A stretch of DNA of 64,000 bases from an uncultured Nitrospiraceae bacterium (GCA_963727805.1 CAVSHF010000003.1:1792001-1856000), one strand, 5' to 3'. Shown: positions 42,752-54,627, numbered from the stretch's first letter. The notes: generated by a model from the sequence alone, not told the origin. Program-made: numbers and translations.

Positions 42752-45261
42752 TTGATGACGATGTTCACCAGCCTTCCCTTGACCACTACTACCTTCACAA
42801 GCTCCCTGCCCTGGAGTAGTTCCTTGATCTTTGGGTGGTTAAGCGCCAGATCCTTTGCTCCATCGTCCTGCAGGCCCGAGGGAGCCGTTAGCCTAGCTCT
42901 CAGCTTGCCATTGACCTGGACCACAAGCTCAATCGCGTCCTCTTTTGCGAGTGCCTCATCCCATTCGGGCCATGACTGGGCAAAAATGCTCGGGTTGGAC
43001 CCGGTTGCCTCCCACAATTCTTCACATACATGGGGGGCAAAGGGGGCGAGCATGAGCAGCATATTCCTGATAGCGGTCACAACTGCAGCCTTGTCCTCAT
43101 TGGACTCAGGGCTGAATGAGGAGATTTCGTTGATCAACTCCATAAGCGCGGCAATTGCTGTATTGAAATGATAATCCTTCTCTATGTCATCAGTGACCTT
43201 TTTTATGGTCTGGTGCGTCTTGCGCACAAGCGCGGTGGCCTTCGGACTTTCGATTGACGCTGGTATTTGTACACCCGCACCGTATTTGCAGACGAGCATC
43301 CATACCTTGTTCAGAAAGCGGTAGGCGCCTTCGACTCCCTTATCTGACCATTCGAGGTCGCGCTCCGGCGGGGCGGCAAACAGGGAAAAAAGTCTCATAG
43401 TGTCCGCTCCGTATCGGTTGATAAGGGTATCGGGATCGATGACGTTCTTCCTAGACTTCGACATTTTCTCGACCCTTCCTATTTCGACGGGACTTGAGCA
43501 GAGAATACATTGATCGTCCCGCATGTCTTGGGGGAAAAGCCATCCATGCTCTGGACATTTGAGAGTCTCCTTGCATACCATTCCCTGAGTGAGGAGATTC
43601 TTGAAGGGTTCGCTGAAGGAAATGATGCCCAGGTCTCTCATGCACCGCGTGAAAAAGCGTGAGTAGAGGAGATGCAGCACCGCGTGTTCGATACCGCCAA
43701 TATACTGATCAACCGGCATCCAGTAAGCTACATTAGTCTTATCGAGAGGATCCTCATCCTTCCTCGAACAGTATCGCAGGAAATACCACGAGGAGTCGAC
43801 AAAGGTATCCATGGTATCCGTCTCGCGCCGTGCAGCCCCCCCGCAGAGAGGGCACGTAACTTTACTGAATGACTGTGATTCTGCAAGCGGAGAGCCACCA
43901 GTCCCAGTAAGTTTGATGTCCGTAGGCAATATAACCGGAAGGTCCCTTTCCGGAATAGGTACAACACCGCACTTTTCACAATAGACGATTGGGATCGGCG
44001 TTCCCCAGTATCTCTGGCGGGATATGCCCCAATCCCTAATTTTGTAATTGATTGTCCCCTTGCCAAGTCCTCCCAATTCAAGGTGCTCGGTGATCTTTTT
44101 CTTGGCATCGTCACTCACGAGTCCGTTAAATTGGCCTGAGTTGACGATGATACCGTCGTCCTCATAAGCGGCTGCTAGTTCTATTTCTTTCGACTTATCC
44201 CGAGGAACGATGACAGTCCGTATCGGCAGGTTGTATTTTTTTGCAAACTCGAAGTCTCTCTGGTCATGAGCCGGAACGCACATGATGGCGCCGGTCCCAT
44301 ATTCCATGAGAACGAAGTTGGCGAGATAGATCGGTATCTTCTCCTCGGTGAGAGGGTTTATCGCGTACGACCCGGTAAAAAGTCCGATCTTCACTTCGTA
44401 ATCACCGTAGGTAGCAGTAAGAGGCTCGATCTTACTCGAATCAGGAACAAACTCTTTTGCAAGCGGGTGGTTGGGAGCGAGACATACAAATGTCGCTCCA
44501 AAGAGTGTGTCGGGTCGGGTTGTAAATATCCTTATCTTTTCGTTGCGTCCATCTATGGGGAAGTCGACCTCGGCACCCTCACTTTTACCTATCCAGTTCC
44601 GCTGCATGGTCACAACCCTTTCGGGCCATCCCGAGAGTTCGTCGCACCCCTGGAGTAATTCCTCCGCATAGGCCGTGATCCTGAAGAACCACTGTTCGAG
44701 CTCTTTCTGTGCAACGTCGCTGTCGCAGCGCCAGCACTTACCGTCTATGACCTGCTCATTAGCGAGAACTGTGGCACACGAAGGGCACCAATTGACATAA
44801 GACGCCTTCTTATAGACAAGGCCCTTTTCGTATAGTTTCAGAAAAAACCACTGGTTCCATTTGTAGTATTCGGGGCTACAGGTCGTAACCTCTCTGTCCC
44901 AGTCGTAGCTTAGTCCCATACGGTTGAGCTGTTTCTTCATAAACTCGATATTTTCGTAGGTCCACCTGGTAGGATGCACGCCATGCTTGATCGCCGCGTT
45001 TTCAGCGGGCAGACCGAAAGCATCCCAGCCCATAGGATGCAAGACATTTACGCCGTGCATAATCTTATAACGGGCGATGACGTCGCCGATTGCATAATTC
45101 CGGACATGACCCATATGTATCTTGCCCGATGGGTAGGGAAACATTTCAAGGCAATAGAACTTCTTCCTGGAAGAATCGGTCTCGCTCTGGTGAAGTCTTC
45201 TTTCGGCCCAATAGTTCTGCCACTTTAGCTCGATTTCATTGAAATCGTATCGTTCTTTCAT
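42748..45261 (-). CDS. leuS: Leucine--tRNA ligase
   Basis: [56 protein letters not shown]. Confidence 0.98.
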   Translation of the reverse strand: MKERYDFNEIELKWQNYWAERRLHQSETDSSRKKFYCLEMFPYPSGKIHMGHVRNYAIGDVIARYKIMHGVNVLHPMGWDAFGLPAENAAIKHGVHPTRWTYENIEFMKKQLNRMGLSYDWDREVTTCSPEYYKWNQWFFLKLYEKGLVYKKASYVNWCPSCATVLANEQVIDGKCWRCDSDVAQKELEQWFFRITAYAEELLQGCDELSGWPERVVTMQRNWIGKSEGAEVDFPIDGRNEKIRIFTTRPDTLFGATFVCLAPNHPLAKEFVPDSSKIEPLTATYGDYEVKIGLFTGSYAINPLTEEKIPIYLANFVLMEYGTGAIMCVPAHDQRDFEFAKKYNLPIRTVIVPRDKSKEIELAAAYEDDGIIVNSGQFNGLVSDDAKKKITEHLELGGLGKGTINYKIRDWGISRQRYWGTPIPIVYCEKCGVVPIPERDLPVILPTDIKLTGTGGSPLAESQSFSKVTCPLCGGAARRETDTMDTFVDSSWYFLRYCSRKDEDPLDKTNVAYWMPVDQYIGGIEHAVLHLLYSRFFTRCMRDLGIISFSEPFKNLLTQGMVCKETLKCPEHGWLFPQDMRDDQCILCSSPVEIGRVEKMSKSRKNVIDPDTLINRYGADTMRLFSLFAAPPERDLEWSDKGVEGAYRFLNKVWMLVCKYGAGVQIPASIESPKATALVRKTHQTIKKVTDDIEKDYHFNTAIAALMELINEISSFSPESNEDKAAVVTAIRNMLLMLAPFAPHVCEELWEATGSNPSIFAQSWPEWDEALAKEDAIELVVQVNGKLRARLTAPSGLQDDGAKDLALNHPKIKELLQGRELVKVVVVKGRLVNIVIK

Positions 45262-45371
45262 AACGCCTCACGACAAGTCTTAATCCTGCAAAATGAGCAT
45301 TAGAGCGAAAAAGAGTTCTGCCTAAAGCTCAATCTAAAATATTATTATATCCTGAAACGGTCGTTCTTTGC

Positions 45372-46082
45372 TCATATTTTGATGCCGAAATTGGGAAAAA
45401 AACTGGCGAGCCATCCGATGTTGTCTGAAAGAAGAATGATCCCGAAGGCGATGAGCACAAGGCTGCTAGCGACCGTCACGACCCGCATGAAGTTCTGGAG
45501 CTTGCGAGTATACGAGAAGAATACGTTTATGGCTATAGTGGAAAGGATAAAAGGCACAGCGAGACCAAGGGAGTAAACCGCAAGAAGTTTCAGACCATAT
45601 GACGCTGAAGCCTGTGAACCGGCATATATCAATATTGTGCCCAGGATCGGGCCAATGCAGGGCGTCCATCCCGCGGCAAAGCCCATCCCGATAAAAAAAG
45701 CCCCAGCGTAACTGGCAGGATGCTTGTCGAAATGAAATCTCTTTTCCCTCATAAGAAAGTCGAGCTTGAGGACTCCGGCTGTAAAAAATCCGAAGATGAT
45801 CACCAAGATCCCCCCTCCAATACGGAGGTAATCTTGATACTTCACAAACAGGGTGCCCAGCAGAGATGACGAGGCCCCCAAAGCCATGAAGATAGTTGAA
45901 AAGCCAAGGACAAAAGCTACAGTGCTGCCAAGTCCCTTCGTATAACGCCGGGTATGCCTCAACTCGTCGAATGAGAGGCCGCTGATAAAGGAAACATAAG
46001 CGGGAACGAGGGGAAGCACGCAGGGTGAAAGGAACGACAACAGTCCTGCAAGAAAGGCGAGTGTATATGAAACTTCATTCAT
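45372..46082 (-). CDS. ccdA: Cytochrome c biogenesis protein CcdA
   Basis: SFLSPCVLPL and GWTPCIGPIL; 6 TM. Confidence 0.93.
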   Translation of the reverse strand: MNEVSYTLAFLAGLLSFLSPCVLPLVPAYVSFISGLSFDELRHTRRYTKGLGSTVAFVLGFSTIFMALGASSSLLGTLFVKYQDYLRIGGGILVIIFGFFTAGVLKLDFLMREKRFHFDKHPASYAGAFFIGMGFAAGWTPCIGPILGTILIYAGSQASASYGLKLLAVYSLGLAVPFILSTIAINVFFSYTRKLQNFMRVVTVASSLVLIAFGIILLSDNIGWLASFFPNFGIKI

Positions 46083-46095
46083 GTCCCGTACTCTT

Positions 46096-46575
46096 TCATC
46101 TGGCACAATCCCCAGGGCAACCTTTAATTTTCTCGATCGCGTGACTAAGAGTGTCCATAATCACGGTCAGGTTTTCCCGGACCGCCTTGGGGCTTCCCGG
46201 CAGATTGATGATGAGTGTCTCTCTCTTCACCCCCGCTATGGCGCGGGAGAGCATGGCGTTCTTCGTCTTTTTGAGGCCTTCTGCCCTCATAGCCTCAGCG
46301 ATACCCGGAATTTCTCTTTCGATAACGTCTCTCGTAGCCTCGGGCGTCACATCACGGGGAGAGAGGCCCGTGCCTCCCGTCGTTAGTATAAGATCGACCT
46401 TGCCGGCATATCTAAGGAGCCGGTCTCTTATGAGAGCCCGCTCATCGGGAAGAATGTCATAAAATTTCACTTCTCCGGTCCCTTTGAGTATTTCAGCTAT
46501 GGCAAGGCCGCTTTCGTCGAACCTTTCGCCCCTAGAGCCCTTATCGCTCAGCGTGAGGACAGCCACCGTTATCAT
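46096..46575 (-). CDS. mog: Molybdopterin adenylyltransferase (MogA/MoaB)
   Basis: LTLSD, LPDE, TTGGTGLSPRDVTPEAT, LSRAIAG, NLPGSPKAV. Confidence 0.93.
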   Translation of the reverse strand: MITVAVLTLSDKGSRGERFDESGLAIAEILKGTGEVKFYDILPDERALIRDRLLRYAGKVDLILTTGGTGLSPRDVTPEATRDVIEREIPGIAEAMRAEGLKKTKNAMLSRAIAGVKRETLIINLPGSPKAVRENLTVIMDTLSHAIEKIKGCPGDCAR

Positions 46576-47048
46576 TCTAATCTGTTCTCGACGATGTCGA
46601 GATTCTCGAGGAAAGCAACATCTATTTCATCGCCAACAGTTAGTGTGTCGCCCCTGAGGATCCGGATAAAAATCCCTTCCTTCGGCATAACGCAATCGCC
46701 GGCCTGCTCATAAATCGCGCACCGCGTGTGGCATTCCTTCCCTATCTGGCTGACTTCGCCGATCACGCCTTTGCCGAGCTTTAGCCTTGTGCCGATTGGA
46801 AGCGCGAGGAGATCGAGTCCCTTGGTCGTAATGTTTTCGGCAAAATCACCGGGCTTCACGTCAAGGCCCATGCGCTGCATCTTCTGGACGCTCTCAATCG
46901 CAAGAAGGCTCACTTGACGGTGCCACTCGGATGAAGCATGGGCGTCGCCGACAATTCCGTAATCCTCCTTGATCACTGCCTCCTGAACTGGAGTTTTCCG
47001 TTCCCCTTTCTTTTCGCTTATGTTGATAGATACGATTTTACCTTTCAT
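46572..47048 (-). CDS. MOSC-domain protein
   Basis: GIVGDAHA, HRQVSLL, GDFAENITT, QIGKECH..C..C.MP.EGIF; start ATG 47048. Confidence 0.9.
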   Translation of the reverse strand: MKGKIVSINISEKKGERKTPVQEAVIKEDYGIVGDAHASSEWHRQVSLLAIESVQKMQRMGLDVKPGDFAENITTKGLDLLALPIGTRLKLGKGVIGEVSQIGKECHTRCAIYEQAGDCVMPKEGIFIRILRGDTLTVGDEIDVAFLENLDIVENRLE

Positions 47049-47077
47049 CTTGTTCCGACCTTTCTGTAGAAGATTGT

Positions 47078-48028
47078 TTAATCTACCATAGAGCCACGCT
47101 TTAAAGCAGGGATGCCCTGAATCGGAAATTCCTCTCCTCTTTCCCTCATGAACTGAGCAACCTCCTCCAGACCGGGAATCCCAGCTCTTCCACCAACCTT
47201 TCTGCACTTCATTGCAGCCAAAGCTGATGCGAAGCGGATGGTTGATATGATATCCCATCGCATCAATAAGCCGAAAATATAGCCCCCGTGAAACACATCG
47301 CCCGCGCCGGTCGTATCAACCTCTTCGACATCGTATGCGGGGACAGCAATAGTCTGACATCCATGGAACGTGACGCTCCCCTTTTTCCCCAGCGTGATCG
47401 TAGTAAGACCGAAGCTGCGCTTTCGCAATAGTTCCCGAAACTTTCCTGCGTCTCCATCGTACCCTAGTTCTTTGGCGAATTCCTTTGAGGCTACTATATA
47501 GTCACAAAGCCCAGCGATATCGAGCATTCCTTCTCGGAGTCTTCCAGCGTCGATCATTACCGGCACTCGCATCACCTTCGCCCTGTGCGCAGCTGCAAGA
47601 GAGACGCCCTTCATAAGCCCGTCGAGAAGGAGAAAATCGGCCCCCCTCAAAAAATCGTCGCCAAGTTCATCAGGCATAAGTTCTTCTCCGGATGGGCGCC
47701 TCCAGAAGATCGTCCTATTCCCCGATCCTTTTTCGATAACGATGAAGGCCGCTTGCGAGACAGCGTTGTCGCGTCTCATAAGTCCGCCCACATCAACTCC
47801 TTCATCGACCAGAGACTGCCGGATTTTTACACCTTCCTGATCGTCTCCGATGACGCCGTAAAAGGAGCACTCAGCTCCAAGCCTTTTGAGTGCAATGAGT
47901 GCAGTTGCCACAGGCCCTCCCCCCTGCTCTTCCCAAAGGAGCACTTCTTTTTTGGTATCCCGCTCAGGAAAGGAATCTACCAGGGCGAGATAATCAAGAG
48001 AGCATTGTCCGACTCCGACGATTTTCAT
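47078..48028 (-). CDS. PfkB-family carbohydrate kinase
   Basis: GGGPVATA, VDTTGAGDVFHGG; start ATG 48028. Confidence 0.92.
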   Translation of the reverse strand: MKIVGVGQCSLDYLALVDSFPERDTKKEVLLWEEQGGGPVATALIALKRLGAECSFYGVIGDDQEGVKIRQSLVDEGVDVGGLMRRDNAVSQAAFIVIEKGSGNRTIFWRRPSGEELMPDELGDDFLRGADFLLLDGLMKGVSLAAAHRAKVMRVPVMIDAGRLREGMLDIAGLCDYIVASKEFAKELGYDGDAGKFRELLRKRSFGLTTITLGKKGSVTFHGCQTIAVPAYDVEEVDTTGAGDVFHGGYIFGLLMRWDIISTIRFASALAAMKCRKVGGRAGIPGLEEVAQFMRERGEEFPIQGIPALKRGSMVD

Positions 48029-48167
48029 AGTGCATTTCTGATAAGGCCTCTTCTTACTATTCTTAATGCTCAGCAAGTCAATTATAGCAGTTGTCTCTCC
48101 GGAATATGAATTATCGAAGCAAAATATGTTACATTCAAAGATTACATTTTGACAAAGGAGATTACGC

Positions 48168-49100
48168 ATGAAAAAATATGTTTTGCTATTGCTCTGCCTC
48201 GCACTCCTCGCATCTTGCACACAAGGTGGAGAGAAAAAAGGTGATGTCGTTGCGAAGATCGATACCGACGTGATCACAACCAAAGACGTTGAGAAAGAGA
48301 TCAATGCGCTGCCGGAATTCGCCAGGGAGTTTTTCAAAGGCCAGGATGGCATGGCCCGCCTCGTCGACGAACTCGTCAAAAAAGAATTGCTGTATGTAGA
48401 GGCGAAAAAGAAGGGTCTCGACAAGGATGAGGATTTTCAGAGAAAGCTTGAAGAAATAAAGAAAAACGCCCTCATCACCCGGCTTCTCGAAAAAGAGATG
48501 AAGGCAGTACCCCAGCTCACCGACAAGGAAGTCAAAGATTACTATGACAGTCATAAGGACGATTTCGTCCAGGCAAATGCAGTACGTCTGAGCCAGATTG
48601 TGGTAAAGACCGAGGATGACGCCAAGAAGGTCTATGAAAGACTCCAGAAGGGAGAGCCGTTTAATAAGCTTGCATCAGAAGTCTCTATGGATAAGGCATC
48701 GGCAAAGTCAGGCGGCGATCTGGGCCTTTTTAAGAGAGGCGAGATGAATCAGGATCTCGAAAAAGTCGCGTTCAGTCTCAAAAAGAACCAAATTAGTATG
48801 CCCGTTCCCCTCAAAGACGGCATCCATATTCTGGTCGTGACGGATATCAAGGGGACCGCATTTGATTTCGATAAAGTAAAAGGCAGTATCAGCCAGCAGC
48901 TCATGGCAAAGAAGCAGCAGGATGGTCTTGAAAAGTTTATTGAGGGACTTAGAAAGAATTACAAGGTTGAAGTCAACAAAGAAAATTTTTCAAAGATAAG
49001 CTTAGCACCGGCCCAGCCTCCGGCATCCGAACAGCCGGGTACGCCGCAAAAAGCTCCGGAGAAAGCACCGGAAAAGACTTCTGTCCCCGAAAAGAAATAA
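48168..49100 (+). CDS. PpiC-type peptidyl-prolyl isomerase lipoprotein (PrsA-like)
   Basis: Lipobox LASC, FNKLA..S.D..SAKSGGDLG, GIHIL. Confidence 0.9.
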   Translation: MKKYVLLLLCLALLASCTQGGEKKGDVVAKIDTDVITTKDVEKEINALPEFAREFFKGQDGMARLVDELVKKELLYVEAKKKGLDKDEDFQRKLEEIKKNALITRLLEKEMKAVPQLTDKEVKDYYDSHKDDFVQANAVRLSQIVVKTEDDAKKVYERLQKGEPFNKLASEVSMDKASAKSGGDLGLFKRGEMNQDLEKVAFSLKKNQISMPVPLKDGIHILVVTDIKGTAFDFDKVKGSISQQLMAKKQQDGLEKFIEGLRKNYKVEVNKENFSKISLAPAQPPASEQPGTPQKAPEKAPEKTSVPEKK

Positions 49101-49105
49101 CACTG

Positions 49106-49139
49106 AAGGGAGTGCGGATATCGTTCCGCACTCCCTTTT
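49106..49139 (+). terminator. Rho-independent terminator
   Basis: AAGGGAGTGCGGA-TATCGT-TCCGCACTCCCTTTT right after the stop codon. Confidence 0.85.
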
Positions 49140-49289
49140 ACTTCTAAGATGGTTGAGTGGTCAGTCTAAACCTGTCGTTTGTTCTCCTGCCTTCCGTGCC
49201 TTGACACAGTGCAAAAAAGCAGTTCACATCTAGAGCTGTTACTGCTATACTCTACAGGAGTTGATAATGTAACTCTAAGGAGCGTTAAC

Positions 49290-50738
49290 ATGCCTCTGCC
49301 AAGCAACAAGACAAAAATCGTTTGTACGATTGGCCCTGCGTCGGAATCTCCTGAAGTGCTGCAACATATGATCCGCGCCGGCATGAACATTGCCCGACTT
49401 AATTTTTCTCATGGCGATTACGAAAGTCATGCACGTATTGTCGAGCGCATCAGAAACGCTGCAGTACAGGAGGGTAAACGCGTTACACTCATGGCAGACC
49501 TACCCGGACCGAAAATGCGAATCGGTCGGATTGCCGAAGAGCCGGTTCAACTGCGTCCGGGCGATATGTTCACATTAACAACGCAAGACATAGTCGGCTC
49601 AGCCGCCGGAGCTTCCGTCACGTTTGATCGTCTGCCGCTCGTGGTTAAATCACGCGACACACTCTACCTGAATGACGGCCTTATACAGCTCGAAGTGATC
49701 CGTGTTGAGGGGAATGATGTAAAATGCGATGTTGTTGTGGGAGGGGAGCTCCGCTCGCGCAAGGGTCTGAATCTTCCAGGGATCGATCTCGGCATCAGTG
49801 CATTTACTCAGCGTGACCGACAGTGGCTGGAGATTGCCAAGCGGCTCGAACTCGATGCAGTGAGTCAGTCTTTTGTCGATTCAGGAGCCGACGTTGAAGA
49901 AGTGCGCACTGCTGCTCAGGCGATGGACTATGACCCATTTATCATCGCCAAAATCGAGAGACTGACAGCGCTCCGCAACATCGATTCGATCCTGTCGACC
50001 GCTGACGGCATTATGATCGCCCGTGGGGACCTGGGCGTCGAAATCCCGATCGAAGAGATTGCCCCTGTCCAGAAGATGCTCATGAAGAAAGCTAACCTCG
50101 TCGGCAAACCGGTTATCACCGCAACTCAGATGCTTGAATCGATGACCAATAATCCAAGGCCAACACGAGCTGAGTCTACTGATGTGGCCAATGCAATTTT
50201 GGACGGTACCGACTGCGTCATGCTTTCGGGAGAATCGGCAATGGGCATGTATCCGATAGCAGCAGTCGACATGCTCGCACGAATAGCTTCCGCTATCGAA
50301 AAAACAAGGCTGGCTCATGCAGTGCGCGAAGAGGTCCGGCAGATGAACTGCGATCTCCCCCCCAAACTTTCCGACCTCATCGCCCTCAGTGTCGAGACAA
50401 CCCTCGAATTCATCTCTCCTGCTGCAATATTTGTTCCGACCCGCGACGGCAATACTGCTCGAAGCATAACACGCTTTCGACTGCCCGTCTGGATTGTCGC
50501 GGTGAGTTCGCGGCAGGCAACCTGTCAGCGTCTCCAGTTCAGCTACGGAGCATTAGGAGTTTTTGAGTCCGACCACCCCGAAAGCTGGCGTGATTACGCC
50601 AAACAATGGCTTTGTAAAAATGGCGTCGACGCTAACCTTGTAATATTCACCGAGGGTCCGTCATCAAAATATCCGGAGATGAACAATAAGATGGAAATCA
50701 TCGACCTAACCAGGGAGGTCTATAAAAGCAAAAGATAG
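49290..50738 (+). CDS. pyk: Pyruvate kinase
   Basis: KTKIVCTIGPAS, RLNFSHG, DLPGPK, IIAKIE, MIARGDLGVE, ATQMLESM, PTRAE; start ATG 49290. Confidence 0.97.
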   Translation: MPLPSNKTKIVCTIGPASESPEVLQHMIRAGMNIARLNFSHGDYESHARIVERIRNAAVQEGKRVTLMADLPGPKMRIGRIAEEPVQLRPGDMFTLTTQDIVGSAAGASVTFDRLPLVVKSRDTLYLNDGLIQLEVIRVEGNDVKCDVVVGGELRSRKGLNLPGIDLGISAFTQRDRQWLEIAKRLELDAVSQSFVDSGADVEEVRTAAQAMDYDPFIIAKIERLTALRNIDSILSTADGIMIARGDLGVEIPIEEIAPVQKMLMKKANLVGKPVITATQMLESMTNNPRPTRAESTDVANAILDGTDCVMLSGESAMGMYPIAAVDMLARIASAIEKTRLAHAVREEVRQMNCDLPPKLSDLIALSVETTLEFISPAAIFVPTRDGNTARSITRFRLPVWIVAVSSRQATCQRLQFSYGALGVFESDHPESWRDYAKQWLCKNGVDANLVIFTEGPSSKYPEMNNKMEIIDLTREVYKSKR

Positions 50739-50870
50739 CGTAGAGGATTCTAGAGAATTCAGCAGTGTGATACCGATGCACACCTTCTTCTTCTGATATT
50801 TTGACTTTAAATATGCTATTGTGGATACTAATTATAGCAATTCCAAGACCTAAAGACTGAGAGGTTATCT

Positions 50871-51125
50871 ATGAGGATGCGATGGATAGTCGCTGTGATG
50901 TTTGTGCTTATTGTCGCGGGCTGCAGTAAGCTCACAATGGAAAACTACAACAAGCTCAAAGCGGGTATGACCTATAATGAAGTCGTGAATATCATCGGCT
51001 CTCCGGATAAGTGCAGCGACTTGCTGGGTATGAAGAACTGTGTGTGGGGTGATGAAAAGAAGTCCGCCACTGTCACCTTCGCAGGAGACAGAGTGCTCTT
51101 TTTTTCAGCCAACAATATCCATTGA
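50871..51125 (+). CDS. Small lipoprotein (DUF3862/BamE-like)
   Basis: Lipobox VAGC; NYNKLKAGMTYNEVVNIIGSP. Confidence 0.8.
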   Translation: MRMRWIVAVMFVLIVAGCSKLTMENYNKLKAGMTYNEVVNIIGSPDKCSDLLGMKNCVWGDEKKSATVTFAGDRVLFFSANNIH

Positions 51126-51342
51126 CTCAGGCATTCTGTACCCAAGTGCGTCTGCCATCTGAACGTCGTGTCTGTGAATTCATTCCAAGTTTGTAAGTAG
51201 AAGCTGCGATCTTTTTTGCCGTTTGGTGTCAATATCAGATTGTGGTAACAGTTTTCATTTATTACTTCGGCGATTATGCTATTTTCTCAATTATACCTTC
51301 ATACCGCCTTCAGCCTGTCCGAGGAGACCAAGTTTGTCTGCG

Positions 51343-52737
51343 TTACTTGCCGATACAAAACTCCGAAAATATCCGATCGAGTATGTCCTCAGTTGTCACT
51401 GCCCCAATAATCTCGCCGAGACTATCAAGACATTCACGCAAAGAGAAGGCCGTCACTTCGAGAGGTTCCCCACGTTCCAGGGTTTCCCTCGCTTGTTCCA
51501 GTAATTCCCAGGCTTTGTCCAATAATTGCTTATGTCTGATATTGGTGATAAGGAGGCCTGGGATAACGTCCTGACTAGGTACATTCTTCGAGAGCAGCGA
51601 GGTGACTATCCTTTTCTTCAGTATATCAGTCCCTTCGTTTTTCAGGGCTGATATCTTGACGGCGGTATCTATATTCAATTCTATGTCGCCTTGATCAAAG
51701 TCGTGGTTGATACTGTCGCACTTGTTGATTACCATGATCGCTTTCTTCGTCTTCACTCGCTTAATAACCTGCCGATCTGCCTGATCCAGCGGTCGTGATG
51801 CATCGAAGACAGCCAAGACAATGTCGGCGTCTTCAATGGCGGCAAGGCTCCGTTTCACTCCTTCGGCCTCGGCAAGATTGTGAGCCTCTCTGATTCCAGC
51901 AGTATCCATGATGCGCACAGGCAACCCGTCAATATTCAGGCTCTCCTCTATAATGTCTCTTGTAGTTCCCGGCATATCGGTGACGATAGCACGATCCTTC
52001 TTAATTAAAGCATTCAGGAGGGAGGATTTCCCGACGTTCGGCTTGCCGACGATCGCCATTGACGCACCTTCTCGGAATAACCGGCCTTCATCGAAGCTCA
52101 GGATGAGTGCTGAAAGGCAATCACGAATAGCCCTCATGGAAGTGCCGATACCAGCCTTTGCAGGTATCTCGATCTCTTCCTCCGGAAAGTCGATATGCGC
52201 CTCAATGAGCGCACACAATTCTGTAATCCTGTCCCTTATGGCCTTTATCTCCACAGAGAGCATTCCTTCAAGCTGCTGTAACGCTATTCTCTCTGATTGG
52301 TCGGTCATGGCCGTTATTACATCGATAACCGCTTCTGCCTGCAATAGGTCAATCCTTCCATTAAGAAAAGCCCTTCTGGTGAACTCGCCCGGTTCAGCCA
52401 GACGCACGCCCTCTTTGAGCACTAGGCCGAGAATGCGTCGGAGAGGAACCGTGCCCCCGTGACAGTTAACCTCAACAACATTCTCACGCGTGTATGTCAT
52501 AGGTGCCTTCATAACCGTAACGAGGACTTCGTCGATTCTATCCGATGATGCTGGATCTTTGATAAACCCGTACATGATGGTGTGGGAGCGCATGTCCTTG
52601 AGACGTTTTTTGAGGGGAGAGAGAAAGAGCCGGTCGATGACCGCAATGGCATTTTTGCCACTAAGCCTGACGATGCCGATGCCCCCCTCACCTGGTGCCG
52701 TCGATACCGCTGCTATGGTGTCATCAAGAAAGTTCAT
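51343..52737 (-). CDS. mnmE: tRNA modification GTPase MnmE
   Basis: DTIAA, GEFTRRAFLNGR, GKPNVGKSS, GTTRD, DTAG, NKCD, FCIGK. Confidence 0.98.
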   Translation of the reverse strand: MNFLDDTIAAVSTAPGEGGIGIVRLSGKNAIAVIDRLFLSPLKKRLKDMRSHTIMYGFIKDPASSDRIDEVLVTVMKAPMTYTRENVVEVNCHGGTVPLRRILGLVLKEGVRLAEPGEFTRRAFLNGRIDLLQAEAVIDVITAMTDQSERIALQQLEGMLSVEIKAIRDRITELCALIEAHIDFPEEEIEIPAKAGIGTSMRAIRDCLSALILSFDEGRLFREGASMAIVGKPNVGKSSLLNALIKKDRAIVTDMPGTTRDIIEESLNIDGLPVRIMDTAGIREAHNLAEAEGVKRSLAAIEDADIVLAVFDASRPLDQADRQVIKRVKTKKAIMVINKCDSINHDFDQGDIELNIDTAVKISALKNEGTDILKKRIVTSLLSKNVPSQDVIPGLLITNIRHKQLLDKAWELLEQARETLERGEPLEVTAFSLRECLDSLGEIIGAVTTEDILDRIFSEFCIGK

Positions 52738-52783
52738 GGGAAGGATTCATAGGCCAGCCGAACGGCCGTGCCGCGAGCCGCGT

Positions 52784-54382
52784 TTACCCCTTTTTGGACT
52801 TATCCGCCTTTTTATTGATATAGAACTGCTGTGCGATGCTCAGGATGTTGTTGACAAGCCAGTAAAGTACGAGGCCTGATGAGAAATTAAGAAAAATGAA
52901 GGTGAACATTATCGGCATTAGCAGCATTATCTTCTGCTGTTTGGGATCTGCTGTCGATGGCGTCATCTTCTGCTGAATGAATGTTGTAGCCCCCATCAGC
53001 AGCGGCAGAGGGCCTAGTGCAAAACCTCCTAAAAAGGGAACCGCAGAAGGGATATGTCCGAAAAGTGTATCAGGCGCTGCAAGATCCTGAATCCAGAGTA
53101 TGAAGGGTGCCTGTCTCAGTTCTATAGCCGTCGAGAGGATCGAATAGAGTGCGAAGAAGACGGGCATCTGCAGGAGCATGGGAAGACATCCGCCCATCGG
53201 GCTAACTTTATTATTTTTGTAAAGCTCCATCATCTCGCGCTGCATTTTTTGAGGATCACTCTTATATTTTTCCTTGATCTCCGCCATTCTCGGTTGAAGG
53301 TCGGCCAGCTTCTTCATCGACTTTTGCCCCTTGCTTATGAGCGGGAAGAAAGGAATCCTAGTGACGATCGTAAGAATAATAATTGCGATACCGTAATTGT
53401 GCGTCAAACTGTAAAAGAACTTCAGGACCCAAAAGAGTGGTCTTGCGATGATCGAGAAAAAGCCAAAATCGATGACATGTTCCATGCCCGACTGATATTT
53501 TTCAAGGATATCGTACTCCTTTGGACCTGCATAAATGACGTAAGAGTTCTCTCCTCCCTTCATCCTGACATCAACCATAGCATCGTTGTCTTTAGCCCAG
53601 GCACGCGCCTCCTCAAAGGCCACTTTGGGCACAATAAAGGCAGTAAAATACTTATCTTCCTGTGCTATCCACTTGACACCATCCTTATAAGTCTTGATCT
53701 CCTTGAGATCCTTGGGTGCCAAAGCAATCCTGTCGGCGTCCTTAAGAATAACGGGACCATGATGGTTGGTTCCTATCTTATCGTAAATCCCAAAGTCCTT
53801 ACCGAGAGCTATGACGTAAGAATCAATGCCTGTTACTTCATCTTTGAGCGCTATCGCATAATCGCCCTGATTGAAACTGTACGTTCTCCGGATCATGATT
53901 CCCTGGGAGCTATATTCGAAAACCAGATTGGCGGTTTTAGTTACCGTAATGAGTCTAGCATCCGGGCCGACAACTGAAAAATCCGCTCCCGCAAACTGGA
54001 AGCCTTCATCGAGGCCAATCGACAAAGGAGGAAGGACTTCATCTCCCTTTAGGATGATATGGTTCCCCTGATTATCTTTATACTGCTTAAGTTCGACTTG
54101 TTTGATGGTGGCTCCGCGAGAGTTAAAAACCATCCTGTAAACATCGTTTTCGACGGTAACCGTCTTCTCGGGTTTCTCAGTCCCTTTGTCTTCAACCTTC
54201 ACGGCCTGTGACGGAGTCATCGTAGCGGTCTTTGTAATCGCGGACAGCGGTACCTTTTGCTCCTCTTTTGAGGGCACCTGTTGTTGCTGCGCAGGAGGAG
54301 GTGTACTTTCTTTAATGAAAAATTGGAACCCTATAAGAACAAAAAGGGAAAGAACAATGGCGATCAATGTATTTTTTTCCAT
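52784..54382 (-). CDS. yidC: Membrane protein insertase YidC
   Basis: YAGPK, IDFG, NYGIAII, GGCLPMLLQMPVF, LYWLVNN. Confidence 0.97.
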   Translation of the reverse strand: MEKNTLIAIVLSLFVLIGFQFFIKESTPPPAQQQQVPSKEEQKVPLSAITKTATMTPSQAVKVEDKGTEKPEKTVTVENDVYRMVFNSRGATIKQVELKQYKDNQGNHIILKGDEVLPPLSIGLDEGFQFAGADFSVVGPDARLITVTKTANLVFEYSSQGIMIRRTYSFNQGDYAIALKDEVTGIDSYVIALGKDFGIYDKIGTNHHGPVILKDADRIALAPKDLKEIKTYKDGVKWIAQEDKYFTAFIVPKVAFEEARAWAKDNDAMVDVRMKGGENSYVIYAGPKEYDILEKYQSGMEHVIDFGFFSIIARPLFWVLKFFYSLTHNYGIAIIILTIVTRIPFFPLISKGQKSMKKLADLQPRMAEIKEKYKSDPQKMQREMMELYKNNKVSPMGGCLPMLLQMPVFFALYSILSTAIELRQAPFILWIQDLAAPDTLFGHIPSAVPFLGGFALGPLPLLMGATTFIQQKMTPSTADPKQQKIMLLMPIMFTFIFLNFSSGLVLYWLVNNILSIAQQFYINKKADKSKKG

Positions 54383-54403
54383 ACCGAGTCCTCTATCCGC
54401 TTC

Positions 54404-54613
54404 CTATTTCACCGGGTCATATCCGCCGGGATGGAAGGGATGACATTTCAGAATTCTTTTTACCGTAAGAAGCCCGCCTTTGAGTGCGCCGTACTTGCTA
54501 ACCGCTTCAAGGGAATACGCGGAACAGGTGGGTACAAACCTGCAACTTGTAGGTAGCAGAGGTGAAATCAGATACTGGTAAAACCTGATGAGGCCGATCA
54601 GAAAATCCTTCAC
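54404..54613 (-). CDS. yidD: Membrane protein insertion efficiency factor YidD
   Basis: [31 protein letters not shown]; real start GTG 54613. Confidence 0.95.
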   Translation of the reverse strand: MKDFLIGLIRFYQYLISPLLPTSCRFVPTCSAYSLEAVSKYGALKGGLLTVKRILKCHPFHPGGYDPVK

Positions 54614-54627
54614 TCCATACCTGCGTA